Of a stretch of 64,000 nucleotides of DNA, positions 28,822-38,434 are shown one piece after another. Positions within the stretch are counted from its first letter, which is position 1, and each line of letters opens with the position of its first letter. Location: IMG/VR virus record IMGVR_UViG_3300025141_000030; one strand, given 5' to 3'. The notes under the pieces were generated by a model that made no database searches, was not told the DNA's origin, and was given only the letters and a program-made list of their open reading frames with translations. The position numbers and the translations under genes are program-made. Source of the stretch: a virus.

Positions 28822-30723
28822 ATGAAAAAGTTTACGCTTGAACAACTCACTGAGGGAATTCGCTCGCGAAACCTCGGTGGTGAGAGCAAGAGGCTTGTCG
28901 AGAAGTGGAGCCGTACTGGACTCCTGCGTGGCCTCGAGGGCACAGGACGTGAGAACATGTCCCGTCTTCTTGAGAACCAGGCAGCTGAACTCCTTCGAGA
29001 GTTCAACTCTGTCTCGACTGGTGGAGCGGCTAACACTGCTTCGGGTGACCTCAGGGGTTTCACCAACATCGCATTCCCGATCGTTCGTCGGGTCTTCGGT
29101 GGTCTGGTGGCCAATGAGCTGATCTCGGTGCAGCCGATGAGCCTCCCTTCCGGCCTCCTGTTCTATCTTGATTACACATATGGCAACGCTGTTGGTGGTG
29201 ATACCACCGACGCCGGTGTCGCTGGTTCCGCCGCTGTTTACAGCAAGGGCCAGTCAATCTACAACAACCCAGCTGGCGCAGGCGTCCGCTCCGGTTCGTT
29301 GGCTGCCGGTGGTATGTACGACCTGGTCGGTGCGGGATTCTCCCGTGTCCAGTCCGGTTCTACAGCCGTCGCCGTCACCAACGTTACTTCCGGTGCGTTC
29401 GTTAGCAATGCTACCACACTGACAGCAGGACAGACCATCGGGACTCTCGCAGAGATGTCCGGTACAAACGGTCGTTATCTTAGCTTCGACCCGCAGCTCG
29501 CTGCCGCGCTCGATGCCAACGATTTTGACCTGGCCTTTATCTCGGTCCCAACTGCTAACATTACAGCCGCTCCCGGACTCGGCCTTGGCTCCGCTGTCGA
29601 CCTCACGCAGGTCGACCAGATTGCCCTTTACGGCGGTCTAACAGGTGCCACGGCTTGGGGCGCTGCCTATCAGGCAGGCGCGGTCTTTAACCTGCGTCGT
29701 CATAATCAGCGTGTCACAGATTCCTCTGGTGTCATTACCGATGCTCCGCTGAATGGTAACTCCATTCTTATGGTTGTTAAGATGGCTAACGGTGGTGGAA
29801 TTGCCGCTCCGTCGGCACTGTCGATTTCGGCAGTCATCGGTGACTCCCTGAATGCTGACGCATCAGGCGCTGGTGAGGCTTCCACGTTGGTGATTCCTTC
29901 CTTTGAGTCGAACTTCGGGACTAACCCGAAGCCGGTCATCCCCGAGATCGACATTAAGGTTGAGTCCATTGCGGTTACCGCACAGACCCGTAAGCTCCGT
30001 GCTCGCTGGTCGCCAGAACTCGCCCAGGACTTGAACGCTTATCACAGCCTTGACGCTGAGGTGGAGCTGACACAGATCCTGTCCGAGCAGGTTGCGCTTG
30101 AGATTGACCGTGAGATCCTTAACGATCTCCTGAGTCAGGCTAACGGTGCTAACCTGTACTGGTCGCGTGCTCCTGGTAAGTTTGTCCGCAAGGAGAGTGG
30201 TGCTGAGGTCTCGAAGAGCTCGAGCACTGCTCCCGGTCCGGCATTTACCGGTACCGTCCGCGAGTGGTATGAGACGTTGGTCGAGACTATTATCGACTGC
30301 GCCAACACCATTCACCGCAAGACCCTTCGAGGTTCGGCGAACTTTATCGTCGTCTCCCCGGATGTCGCTACCCTGTTGGAGGCCTCGGTCTATTACCGTC
30401 CGAGCTACAGCGTGGACGGTGACGGTCAGGTCAGCTCCCCGTTCAACCTGGGAGCCGAGAAGGTCGGTACTCTGAGCAACCGCTTTACGGTCTACAAGGA
30501 TCCTTACTTCCCAAGGAATAAGATCCTGGTCGGCTACAAGGGCGGCAGCTACCTGGAGACAGGATACATCTACGCTCCGTACGTGCCACTCATCGTCACT
30601 CCGACGATATTCGCCCCCGAGGACTTCACACCTCGTAAGGGTGTGATGACACGCTACGGTAAGAAGATGGTTCGTTCCGACTTCTACGGTACTGTGACCT
30701 GCATGGACATGGATATTATCTAA
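28822..30723 (+). CDS. Major capsid protein (T4 gp23-like)
   Basis: LLENQ, VQPMSLPSGLLFYL, TRKLRARWSPELAQDLNAYHSLDAEVELTQILSEQVALEIDRE, YAPYVPL and PRKGVMTRYG. Confidence 0.96.
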   Translation: MKKFTLEQLTEGIRSRNLGGESKRLVEKWSRTGLLRGLEGTGRENMSRLLENQAAELLREFNSVSTGGAANTASGDLRGFTNIAFPIVRRVFGGLVANELISVQPMSLPSGLLFYLDYTYGNAVGGDTTDAGVAGSAAVYSKGQSIYNNPAGAGVRSGSLAAGGMYDLVGAGFSRVQSGSTAVAVTNVTSGAFVSNATTLTAGQTIGTLAEMSGTNGRYLSFDPQLAAALDANDFDLAFISVPTANITAAPGLGLGSAVDLTQVDQIALYGGLTGATAWGAAYQAGAVFNLRRHNQRVTDSSGVITDAPLNGNSILMVVKMANGGGIAAPSALSISAVIGDSLNADASGAGEASTLVIPSFESNFGTNPKPVIPEIDIKVESIAVTAQTRKLRARWSPELAQDLNAYHSLDAEVELTQILSEQVALEIDREILNDLLSQANGANLYWSRAPGKFVRKESGAEVSKSSSTAPGPAFTGTVREWYETLVETIIDCANTIHRKTLRGSANFIVVSPDVATLLEASVYYRPSYSVDGDGQVSSPFNLGAEKVGTLSNRFTVYKDPYFPRNKILVGYKGGSYLETGYIYAPYVPLIVTPTIFAPEDFTPRKGVMTRYGKKMVRSDFYGTVTCMDMDII

Positions 30724-30749
30724 GTCCTGCTGTAGGATAAAAACTAGAG

Positions 30750-30785
30750 ACGGGTCGTCCTTCGGGGCGGCCCGTTTTTATTTTT
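30750..30785 (+). terminator. Rho-independent terminator after the capsid gene, C(UUCG)G tetraloop
   Basis: ACGGGTCGTCC-TTCG-GGGCGGCCCGT stem-loop followed by a T-rich run. Confidence 0.9.
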
Positions 30786-31010
30786 GTGGTGAAATACCAT
30801 CAAAATAGCAATAGTTATGCTATGATCAGTTTTACGTTAGAAATTAATTCACGTATATTTTATGACTACAGTGCATACCTTTTGTGTAAAAAATAATGAA
30901 CTATGGCCTCGACAGTTAAAAATTTATTTCATGATAACAAGAGACCGACAGCTGCACCCGTAAAAGGTGATGATCAATCCCAAAAGGGAGAGAACCAGGA
31001 GAAAATAATA

Positions 31011-32075
31011 ATGACGACAGAAGATGAAATTTTGACCGCTGACGATGATTTTGATTTTGTAAGCCATTACGGCGATACGGTCGAAGAACAAGGTGATGAT
31101 TTACTTCCTGATAATACTGCTGGTAGCGCTATCTCCTGCGGATTTATTGGCGTCGGCGGCGGCGGCGGCAAGATGGCCAAGGCCTTTATCGATGTCGGGT
31201 TTAATAAGTCCGTACTTGTGAACACCACAGAGAAGGACCAGCCTAATGGTGTTGATGCTAACCACTTTCTCCTAATTCCAGGAGCTGACGGTGTTGGCAA
31301 GGATGTTGTCCTAGGCCAGAAGGTGCTCACTGAAAACAGCACGGTGGTTGAAGACGCCCTTAAGAATCGAATTGGAAACATTGACTGGCTATTCGTCCTG
31401 GCCGGCGGCGGCGGAGGAACTGGGTCAGCCTGCACGGCACTTCACGGGTCTTTTGAGAGGTACATGAAGTCATCCGGGGCAGCTGGTAATGTTGTCTATA
31501 TAGTGTCAGCTCCAAGCGCACAGGAGCTGCTCAACCCTACAATAAAGAAGAACTATAAGGCGCTTGTCAAGGACATTGCCGATCATCCTCACATAATCTT
31601 GGACAATGAGAGGCAACTGCAGCTTCTTCGTGGCAAGGTCGGCGTTCTTAATATGTTCCCGCTAGCTAACAAGTCCTTTGCTAAGATGTTGGCACAGGTG
31701 TTTAGGTTGGCCGGTGCCAGCTCACCCATCCAGGCATTTGACACCAAGGACCTCGAGCGATGCCTTCGAGAGCCAGGTCGAATCTTTCTTGGGACCACAG
31801 TGGTTACTGATCCAACAACCACTGGGCTCGGCAGTAAGATATATCAGCAGAGCATTAAAAATTCTCCATGTCCAACGCCGCCCAATTCAGTTAGCGTGGG
31901 CTCTCTCTTACTGTGCGTTACCGAAGAGATGGCCTCAGATCCAGCGATCTCCAATCACATGGAGTCGGCTGTCGCCTACGTTGGCGGCCGCTCCGACGCC
32001 CTATTTTCAGGAATTTATATTAGAAACGGCCTCCCAGGCCTCGTGGCAATCGTTCTTTTAGGAGGATTGAACTGA
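31011..32075 (+). CDS. Tubulin/FtsZ-superfamily GTPase (PhuZ/TubZ/CetZ-like)
   Basis: IGVGGGGGK (T1), VNTTEKD (T2), GVGKD (T3), GGGGGTGS (T4 signature), LDNE (T6) and FDTKD (T7-like). AGGAG lies before ATG 31011; the track start is 30903. Confidence 0.88.
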   Translation: MTTEDEILTADDDFDFVSHYGDTVEEQGDDLLPDNTAGSAISCGFIGVGGGGGKMAKAFIDVGFNKSVLVNTTEKDQPNGVDANHFLLIPGADGVGKDVVLGQKVLTENSTVVEDALKNRIGNIDWLFVLAGGGGGTGSACTALHGSFERYMKSSGAAGNVVYIVSAPSAQELLNPTIKKNYKALVKDIADHPHIILDNERQLQLLRGKVGVLNMFPLANKSFAKMLAQVFRLAGASSPIQAFDTKDLERCLREPGRIFLGTTVVTDPTTTGLGSKIYQQSIKNSPCPTPPNSVSVGSLLLCVTEEMASDPAISNHMESAVAYVGGRSDALFSGIYIRNGLPGLVAIVLLGGLN

Positions 32076-32100
32076 CCGCCTGATTAAAGCTCCTTTCCGC

Positions 32101-32108
32101 ATATTTAT
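32101..32108 (+). promoter_or_regulatory. Candidate late promoter ATATTTAT (neck genes)
   Basis: Same motif family, 22 nt before the ATG. Confidence 0.55.
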
Positions 32109-32130
32109 GATGTAGAAGAAGGGGCTTAAA

Positions 32131-33324
32131 ATGCCAGATTTTCAAAATACTCTGAATCCGACTCCCTTTGGTTTTTTTAACCAGGAGTCGGATTTTCAGT
32201 CTGAAGCAGACAACATGATTACCTTTGTCAAGCGAAAGCTTGGCGATGATGTGCTCTCTGTCGAGCTGACAAAAAAGCAGATCTGGGCCTGTTTTGAGGA
32301 GTCATTTTTAGAGTACGGCTCGATTATAAATCAGTATCAGGCGAAGTCACAGATGCTGGACTTTTTAGGGACGCCATCTGGATCGCTACTGTCAGGTTCA
32401 GAGCAGAAGTATCCACGTCAAACACTTGAATTTTTAAAGCGTCAAGCTGAGCCCTACTCATCTGAAGGTGGTGTCGGAGGTTCGCAAAATCCTGTTTCCG
32501 GTGCTATCGCACTTACTAATGGTAAGCAGGATTATGACATCTACAATGATCTCATGACAACGCCTGGAGGCTCTACCACGTTGGTCAGCACGCAGACATC
32601 AGGTCGACGGACTAAGATGAAGATTCAGGAGATTTATCACTTCTCACCTTCCGCCGCTTATCGATTTTTTGACTCTACGTCAGCGATCAATTACCTTAAC
32701 AATGAATTTTCTTTTGAGTCATTCACGCCAGAGAGCATCTTTTATGTGCTTCCTGTATTTGAGGATATATTAAGGGCCGGACAGATGGATGTCTCGCAGC
32801 GTGTCCGTAGATCTAATTACAGTTATAGGATCGAGGGCACCAAGCTGAGGATTTTTCCGGCTCCAACCACTCCGCCAAATGCTCCTAACACTCGTTATCT
32901 GTGGGTCAGGGTTGTTTTAAACGCACCGGATCCACTTAATCCGCCTTACACAGATGACACCATTTATGGAGTCTCAAACCTCTCTAACATTCCTTTTGGA
33001 AATCTTCAGTATGATCGAGTTAATAGTGTAGGTAGGCAGTGGGTTAGACAGTTTGGGCTGGCACTAGCAAAGGAATTGCTTGGACTGATCAGGTCAAAGT
33101 TTGGAAATGTGCCCATTCCTAATTCTGAGCTGACGCTGAATGGTGACAATCTTGTGACGCAGGGCCGAGAGGATCAGGAGAAATTAAGGACGCAGCTTTC
33201 CGAGATGCTTGAGTCAATGACATATGATAAGCTCTTGGAGATTCAGGCAGCTACATCTGAAAATATTATGAAGCAGCTTAGAACTGTTCCTGTCCCGAAC
33301 GGACAGGCCATTACAATGGGATAG
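32131..33324 (+). CDS. Neck/head-tail adaptor (T4 gp13-like)
   Basis: RKLG..VLSVELT..QI and WVRQFGLALAKELLG.IRSKF..VPIP..LTLNG motifs, plus gene position. Confidence 0.75.
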   Translation: MPDFQNTLNPTPFGFFNQESDFQSEADNMITFVKRKLGDDVLSVELTKKQIWACFEESFLEYGSIINQYQAKSQMLDFLGTPSGSLLSGSEQKYPRQTLEFLKRQAEPYSSEGGVGGSQNPVSGAIALTNGKQDYDIYNDLMTTPGGSTTLVSTQTSGRRTKMKIQEIYHFSPSAAYRFFDSTSAINYLNNEFSFESFTPESIFYVLPVFEDILRAGQMDVSQRVRRSNYSYRIEGTKLRIFPAPTTPPNAPNTRYLWVRVVLNAPDPLNPPYTDDTIYGVSNLSNIPFGNLQYDRVNSVGRQWVRQFGLALAKELLGLIRSKFGNVPIPNSELTLNGDNLVTQGREDQEKLRTQLSEMLESMTYDKLLEIQAATSENIMKQLRTVPVPNGQAITMG

Positions 33325-33329
33325 TTTAG

Positions 33330-33992
33330 ATGGCTCGTCTTTTTATTACACCACGCGAAATAGACTTTATAAGCGATATCACCAAGGAGATCGTCAAGGA
33401 TGTAATAGGGCAAAAAATTTACTATTACCCTATAAGCGCCGCCAAGACTAAGGTCCATGAGGTCTATGAGGAGGCTCCTGAGAAGGTTTTCGACAACCCC
33501 ATTGAGATAAACTGCCTGGTGCAGTACGACGCCACTGAGGTCACAACAGGCAAGTTCGGGACAGAGGACTTCTATGGTATCGAGGCATTTATCCAGAACA
33601 GGGACATGATCGACAAGGGAATTCAGCTCTATGAGGGTGATTTTTTTAGTTATGGCACTGTCTTTTTCGAGGTAATTCAGGTCATAGTTCTCGATAATAT
33701 CTACGGACAGGCAGAGTACACTGCCGGCGTTAAGCTTCTTGGTAAGGAGGCCAGGAAGAGTCAGTTCACCACTAAGCTTCTCGGACCCACTGACGAGTCA
33801 TATTCAGACGCCGACGCAGTCCAAAAGACATTTATTCAGCAACGTGGCTTCCCGGAGAACGCGGAGGGCCCGACAGGAGACGTACGCAACTTAATTGAGC
33901 GAGGTGTCTTGACAGATCCAATAACAGGTCCCGCAGAGGTCTCACCTAAGGGCGGCAACAAGGGGACATCATCATTTTATGATGAGTCGTAG
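33330..33992 (+). CDS. Neck/head-closure protein (T4 gp14-like)
   Basis: GQKIYYYPI, VYEEA..KVF..PIEI, KFG and EGDF motifs. Follows the gp13-like gene. Confidence 0.65.
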   Translation: MARLFITPREIDFISDITKEIVKDVIGQKIYYYPISAAKTKVHEVYEEAPEKVFDNPIEINCLVQYDATEVTTGKFGTEDFYGIEAFIQNRDMIDKGIQLYEGDFFSYGTVFFEVIQVIVLDNIYGQAEYTAGVKLLGKEARKSQFTTKLLGPTDESYSDADAVQKTFIQQRGFPENAEGPTGDVRNLIERGVLTDPITGPAEVSPKGGNKGTSSFYDES

Positions 33993-34000
33993 GGGATAAA

Positions 34001-35227
34001 ATGGCACGTCAAAATATAAGGGAAGAGTCCAAGGATCGCCTTTCAACAGGTTACGAGGGTGAAAATATCCCGACAGACTTTATGATTCCCGAGTGCAATG
34101 TCGAGGATGTTGACAAGGCTGTCTTTAACCTGTTTGACAAGGATATGGCACACCCACTATTTGTGGGACAACAGCAGAATGCTAAAAAGGTCCCGGTAAT
34201 TTTTGCGACTGGGGAGCGATTTGCCCTTGTCAAGAGAAAGATTCCGATCAGGGATAAGAATAATGCGCTAATTCTTCCCCTGATATCCGTTAGGAGGACT
34301 GGTATCGAGCTGGTGCCTGCATCTGAGTACGGCCTTCCTGGTGCCACCGGCCCCTTAACTATTAAAAGGAGACTGAGCAGTCGAGATCCAAGGTTCCAGT
34401 CAGTTATAAATCGATTGCAGCTGGAAAATCAGGATGATGTCGCCAGTCGCAAAAATTTTGGTGATGCTAATCTTCGGAGACAGTCAGATGCAGGCACCGT
34501 AGCTTCTCGTCGAAATACTAGGTTAACGACTCGGGAGAGGTTTGATTTTGAAAAGGGAATGTTGCTGGCACCTAATTTAGGTCGCAATATTTTTGAGACT
34601 ATAACTATCCCATTTCCTAAGTTTTATAAGGCGACATATGAGATAACGTATTGGACGCAGTACACCTCACACATGAACCAGATGATTGAAAACACCGTGA
34701 ACTCTGTGGAGACGCAGGGAAAGAATTTTAAGATTAAATCTGACAAGGGATACTGGTTCGTCGCTTATCTTGGGGAGAGCTTCTCGCCAGGTGATAATTT
34801 CGACGATTTTACCGGGGACGAGAGAATAATCAGGTATTCGTTTAATATTCATTCCTACGCTTATTTTATGGCCAATCAAAATCCTGGCCAGCCTTCACCG
34901 TTCAGGTACAAGATGTCGGCACCTCAGATTAATTTTGGAATTTTTTCTATAAACGGGCCGATTACTGTCCCCGGTGCCCTAACATCCGATGTTGGAACCG
35001 GTGACATCAATAAGTTTATACTTGACGATGTCGAGGTCCTTGACAACAAAGGCGATAAAATTGAGTCCAATAGTCAGGTAATTGAAAATGTTACGGAGAA
35101 GATAGTAGACCCATTCGGAGATGGGTCGACATATCGTGAAGTTAAGGTTTTAACTAGGAATCAGAGGCAGGGCGAAACTGTCGCTCGAAGCCGTATAGTG
35201 CGAAAAATAGACGATTTCAGTCCATAG
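34001..35227 (+). CDS. Tail terminator/sheath stabiliser (T4 gp15-like)
   Basis: KVPVIFA..ER, ILPLISVRRTGI and P....TYEITYWT...MNQMIE motifs. Lies between neck and sheath genes. Confidence 0.65.
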   Translation: MARQNIREESKDRLSTGYEGENIPTDFMIPECNVEDVDKAVFNLFDKDMAHPLFVGQQQNAKKVPVIFATGERFALVKRKIPIRDKNNALILPLISVRRTGIELVPASEYGLPGATGPLTIKRRLSSRDPRFQSVINRLQLENQDDVASRKNFGDANLRRQSDAGTVASRRNTRLTTRERFDFEKGMLLAPNLGRNIFETITIPFPKFYKATYEITYWTQYTSHMNQMIENTVNSVETQGKNFKIKSDKGYWFVAYLGESFSPGDNFDDFTGDERIIRYSFNIHSYAYFMANQNPGQPSPFRYKMSAPQINFGIFSINGPITVPGALTSDVGTGDINKFILDDVEVLDNKGDKIESNSQVIENVTEKIVDPFGDGSTYREVKVLTRNQRQGETVARSRIVRKIDDFSP

Positions 35228-35251
35228 ATCGGTTTTTAGACTTTTAAACTC

Positions 35252-35259
35252 ATAATTAT
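35252..35259 (+). promoter_or_regulatory. Candidate late promoter ATAATTAT (sheath 1)
   Basis: Same motif family, intergenic. Confidence 0.5.
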
Positions 35260-35295
35260 AAAAGATTGCCTAGGCTTGTAAATTGGGAGACCCAC

Positions 35296-38200
35296 ATGGC
35301 TGAGAAAACATTTAGATCACCAGGATTTTTTGACAATGAGGTTGACTTAACTCAGCGCGAAAAGGCGCCGCTTGGAACACCAGCCGGTGTTATTGGCACT
35401 GCTGAGAAAGGACCCGCATTTGTCCCCGTGACAGTTGGATCATTTGCTGACTTTAAGACCAAGTTTGGAAACTTGGATTCTACTAAGTTTGGTCCCTACG
35501 CGGTTAACGAGTTCCTAAAGAATAAGAATGCGGTTACATACGTCCGCGTCCTTGGCGCCGGCGCCATTTCTAGCTCGGCTGACATTGAGAATGAGCGGAT
35601 CAAGGGCACTCGCCCTGGAGCTGGCTTTAGGTTATCTCCAACACCAGTCGCTGCTGGTAATCCTACCAATGGTGGCACCACCGAGACTGTCCAGTTCATT
35701 GTTGCAGATCACTTTATCTCCGCTTCGGAGACAGTGGGTATGCCAATGTTCAGTGATAACAGCAGTTTTGATGATGCCACATCAGGCACCGGTGTTAAGC
35801 TGGTCAGGGCTATGATCATGCCTGCTGCAGGTGCACGTATTGAGGTGATGGATTACAGCCAGGCATATGCGGCTGGAAGTATCACTGATGACCTGGCAAA
35901 CGTCGGTCCGGCAAATATTGGTGATATGGCGTCCTGCTTCAAGCTTGTCGTCTCATCGTCAGCGGGCTCATCATTCTCCAATGATGATGGAGCCGCTGGT
36001 ATTAAGGTGTACACGGCATCACTAGACCCCAGCAATCCCTACTTTATCTCTAAGGTACTGAATACTAGTCCGACAGAGTTTGCCTTGAAAAAGCACCTGC
36101 TTTATGCCTCATTCGATGTTGATGCCCAGCTGGCGTCAGTGGACGACACGGCAAGCTCCAATGCTGTAGCAGTAGTGTCAGGCTCCTCGATCACTAACTC
36201 TAACTCGGAACCGTTTATCAGCGCTTATGGAAGGTTTGACGCTGCATACAAGGCACCAAAGACCGAGTTTATGATATCGCAGCCTTACGGAAGTAAGGAG
36301 TATGACCTGTTTAGGGTCGAGGCCATTTCCGATGGTGCATATTCTAATACGGACCTTAAGATTTCTATAAGGAACATTCGGGCCTCTATCGATCCTAATA
36401 GCGAGTTCGGCTCATTTACACTTCAGGTTCGAAAGTTCTCTGATACTGACCTAAATCCCGAGGTGCTGGAGGAGTATCCTAACATTTCACTAGACAAGAC
36501 AGCTCCTAACTTTATCACCAAGGTGATCGGAGACAAGAAGGCCTTCTATAACTTTAACGCTGAGCAGGACGAGGAGAAGAGGGTCATCTCGACCGGTAAG
36601 CATCCCAATATGTCAGCGCTGATCAGGATTGTGGAGAGCAGTGACATGGCCAACGGCCGAGTGCCTAAGTCGGCGCTACCGTTCGGCTTCCGTGGATATC
36701 CGCTGCTGCGTACAAACGCTAATAACGACGATTTTAGCGGCATCGCCATGAACAATGGGCTACTAATTGGCACATTAGGTAGTGGAAATGGTGCTGCCCT
36801 TTCGGCGTCCATTCTGCCTCCGATCCCATATCGCTTTAAGTCTACCCGCGGCAACCTTTACGGATCGGGTGGCGAGACGCCGTCATTCGTGGGTGAGCCA
36901 GGAAGTCAGGAAATAGTTGACGGAAGGTTCTACTGGGGTGTTAAGTTCGAGAGAAACACATCTCCCTATAATGCCAACCCCACCCAGGCGGCTAACGGCT
37001 GTATATCAGCATTCACTAAGTTTATAGGAATACCTGAGCAACAGGTCGTTGTCTCGGGCAGCAATCGGGACACCTTTAATAACAACAAGTTTACTTTGGC
37101 GCAGGTCGCACTGCACCCACTGTCAGCTTCTACTTGGTCTCTTTTTGACTCGTCTACAGTAAACGATATGATGAAGGCAACCGCTTACATTCGTAACGGC
37201 TCACCTAACGTGACTCCTGCGGGATCCGACAACGCGCTTTACACCATTGCCGACCCGGTCTCTGCCGGTGTCAGGTTTACCATGGCCTCACTGCTGGCCT
37301 CAGGAGCGCTGGCCTTTAACAGGTTTACTAACTATCACAAGTTCAGCACTTTCCTTGCTGGCGGTTTTGATGGCCTGAATATTCTTGATAAGAATGCCGG
37401 CCGTATGGACGATAAGTCCTGCTCCACCGCTAACGGCGGCGGTGCTAACTCTAACTTTACATCCCCTGGATTACTGTTAAATACGGCAGGCTCCAATAAG
37501 AACAACAGCACTGTCCAGGCGTATCGCACCGCGGCAGCAATCCTGACTGATTCGTTTATCTCTAATATTAATATTCTGGCTATTCCAAGTATTAGGGAGC
37601 CTCTGGTTAGTGATAGGGCAGCACAGCTTACCAAGGACTACTCAATGGCCGTCTACCTGATGGATATTGAGAATTACGACGATAGCTCTAACAGACTGTT
37701 TGATGATAGTACTGTCCGACCTAGCGTCAGGAAGACGAAGGAGAAGTTTGAGAGTCGAGCGATTGATAACAACTATGTCGCTACATACTTCCCCGATGTT
37801 ATTATCGAAGACCTCGTAGGTCGACACATTAATGTTCCGTCCAGCGTTGCAGCTCTCGGTGCTCTTGGCTATAACGACAAGGTCGGCTACCCGTGGTTCG
37901 CTCCTGCTGGTTTTAATCGGGCAGCACTTGATTTCGTCAAGAATGTCGACGTCAGGCTGACCAAGGGAGATCGTGATGACTTGTACGATGCACGAATTAA
38001 TCCAATAGCCACATTCCCCAGTCAGGGGTTCGTTATTTTCGGACAGAAGACACTGCAATTTGCTAAGTCTGCCCTGGACAGGGTCAATGTTCGTAGATTG
38101 ATGCTGGAGATTAAGAGAATAATTGTCGGCATCTCTGAGGGAATTATTTTCGAACCAAATACTGTCGCTACCAGGGCATCATTCTTGGCGAAGGTGGTCC

Positions 38201-38391
38201 CACAGCTTGCACTGGTGCAGGCACAGGCCGGAATCGAAAGTTTTAAGGTTGTGATGGATGACACTAACAATAGTGCTGCCGATATTGAGCAGAATAGACT
38301 GAATGGACGTATCGTTGTGGTACCCACGAGGGCGGTCGAATTTATAGTAATTGACTTTATCCTCACAAATTCAGGCGTAAGCTTTGAGTAG
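35296..38391 (+). CDS. Tail sheath protein 1
   Basis: FRSPG..EVD, GTAEKGPAFVPV, YVRVLG, WFAPAGFNR, INPIATFP, IFGQKTLQ, DRVNVRRL and FEPN. GGAG before ATG 35296. Confidence 0.92.
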   Translation: MAEKTFRSPGFFDNEVDLTQREKAPLGTPAGVIGTAEKGPAFVPVTVGSFADFKTKFGNLDSTKFGPYAVNEFLKNKNAVTYVRVLGAGAISSSADIENERIKGTRPGAGFRLSPTPVAAGNPTNGGTTETVQFIVADHFISASETVGMPMFSDNSSFDDATSGTGVKLVRAMIMPAAGARIEVMDYSQAYAAGSITDDLANVGPANIGDMASCFKLVVSSSAGSSFSNDDGAAGIKVYTASLDPSNPYFISKVLNTSPTEFALKKHLLYASFDVDAQLASVDDTASSNAVAVVSGSSITNSNSEPFISAYGRFDAAYKAPKTEFMISQPYGSKEYDLFRVEAISDGAYSNTDLKISIRNIRASIDPNSEFGSFTLQVRKFSDTDLNPEVLEEYPNISLDKTAPNFITKVIGDKKAFYNFNAEQDEEKRVISTGKHPNMSALIRIVESSDMANGRVPKSALPFGFRGYPLLRTNANNDDFSGIAMNNGLLIGTLGSGNGAALSASILPPIPYRFKSTRGNLYGSGGETPSFVGEPGSQEIVDGRFYWGVKFERNTSPYNANPTQAANGCISAFTKFIGIPEQQVVVSGSNRDTFNNNKFTLAQVALHPLSASTWSLFDSSTVNDMMKATAYIRNGSPNVTPAGSDNALYTIADPVSAGVRFTMASLLASGALAFNRFTNYHKFSTFLAGGFDGLNILDKNAGRMDDKSCSTANGGGANSNFTSPGLLLNTAGSNKNNSTVQAYRTAAAILTDSFISNINILAIPSIREPLVSDRAAQLTKDYSMAVYLMDIENYDDSSNRLFDDSTVRPSVRKTKEKFESRAIDNNYVATYFPDVIIEDLVGRHINVPSSVAALGALGYNDKVGYPWFAPAGFNRAALDFVKNVDVRLTKGDRDDLYDARINPIATFPSQGFVIFGQKTLQFAKSALDRVNVRRLMLEIKRIIVGISEGIIFEPNTVATRASFLAKVVPQLALVQAQAGIESFKVVMDDTNNSAADIEQNRLNGRIVVVPTRAVEFIVIDFILTNSGVSFE

Positions 38392-38395
38392 GCTA

Positions 38396-38403
38396 ATAAT
38401 TAT
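38396..38403 (+). promoter_or_regulatory. Candidate late promoter ATAATTAT (sheath 2)
   Basis: Same motif family, in a 43-nt gap. Confidence 0.5.
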
Positions 38404-38434
38404 CACATGAGAATCGCGAGGAGTTGACAAGATC

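Noticed and set aside
27135-30315. Minus-strand ORFs opposite the scaffold and capsid genes
   Set aside because: The Ser-rich translations simply mirror the Glu/Asp codons on the + strand.
30786-31010. tRNA or tubC-like centromere upstream of the tubulin gene
   Set aside because: No cloverleaf or T-loop motif and no iterated direct repeats are visible; it is only AT-rich sequence.
31011-32075. Host cell-division ftsZ, or a cellular eCIS locus
   Set aside because: There are no dcw genes and no FtsZ C-terminal peptide, and the flanking terminase, portal and capsid genes show this is a phage.
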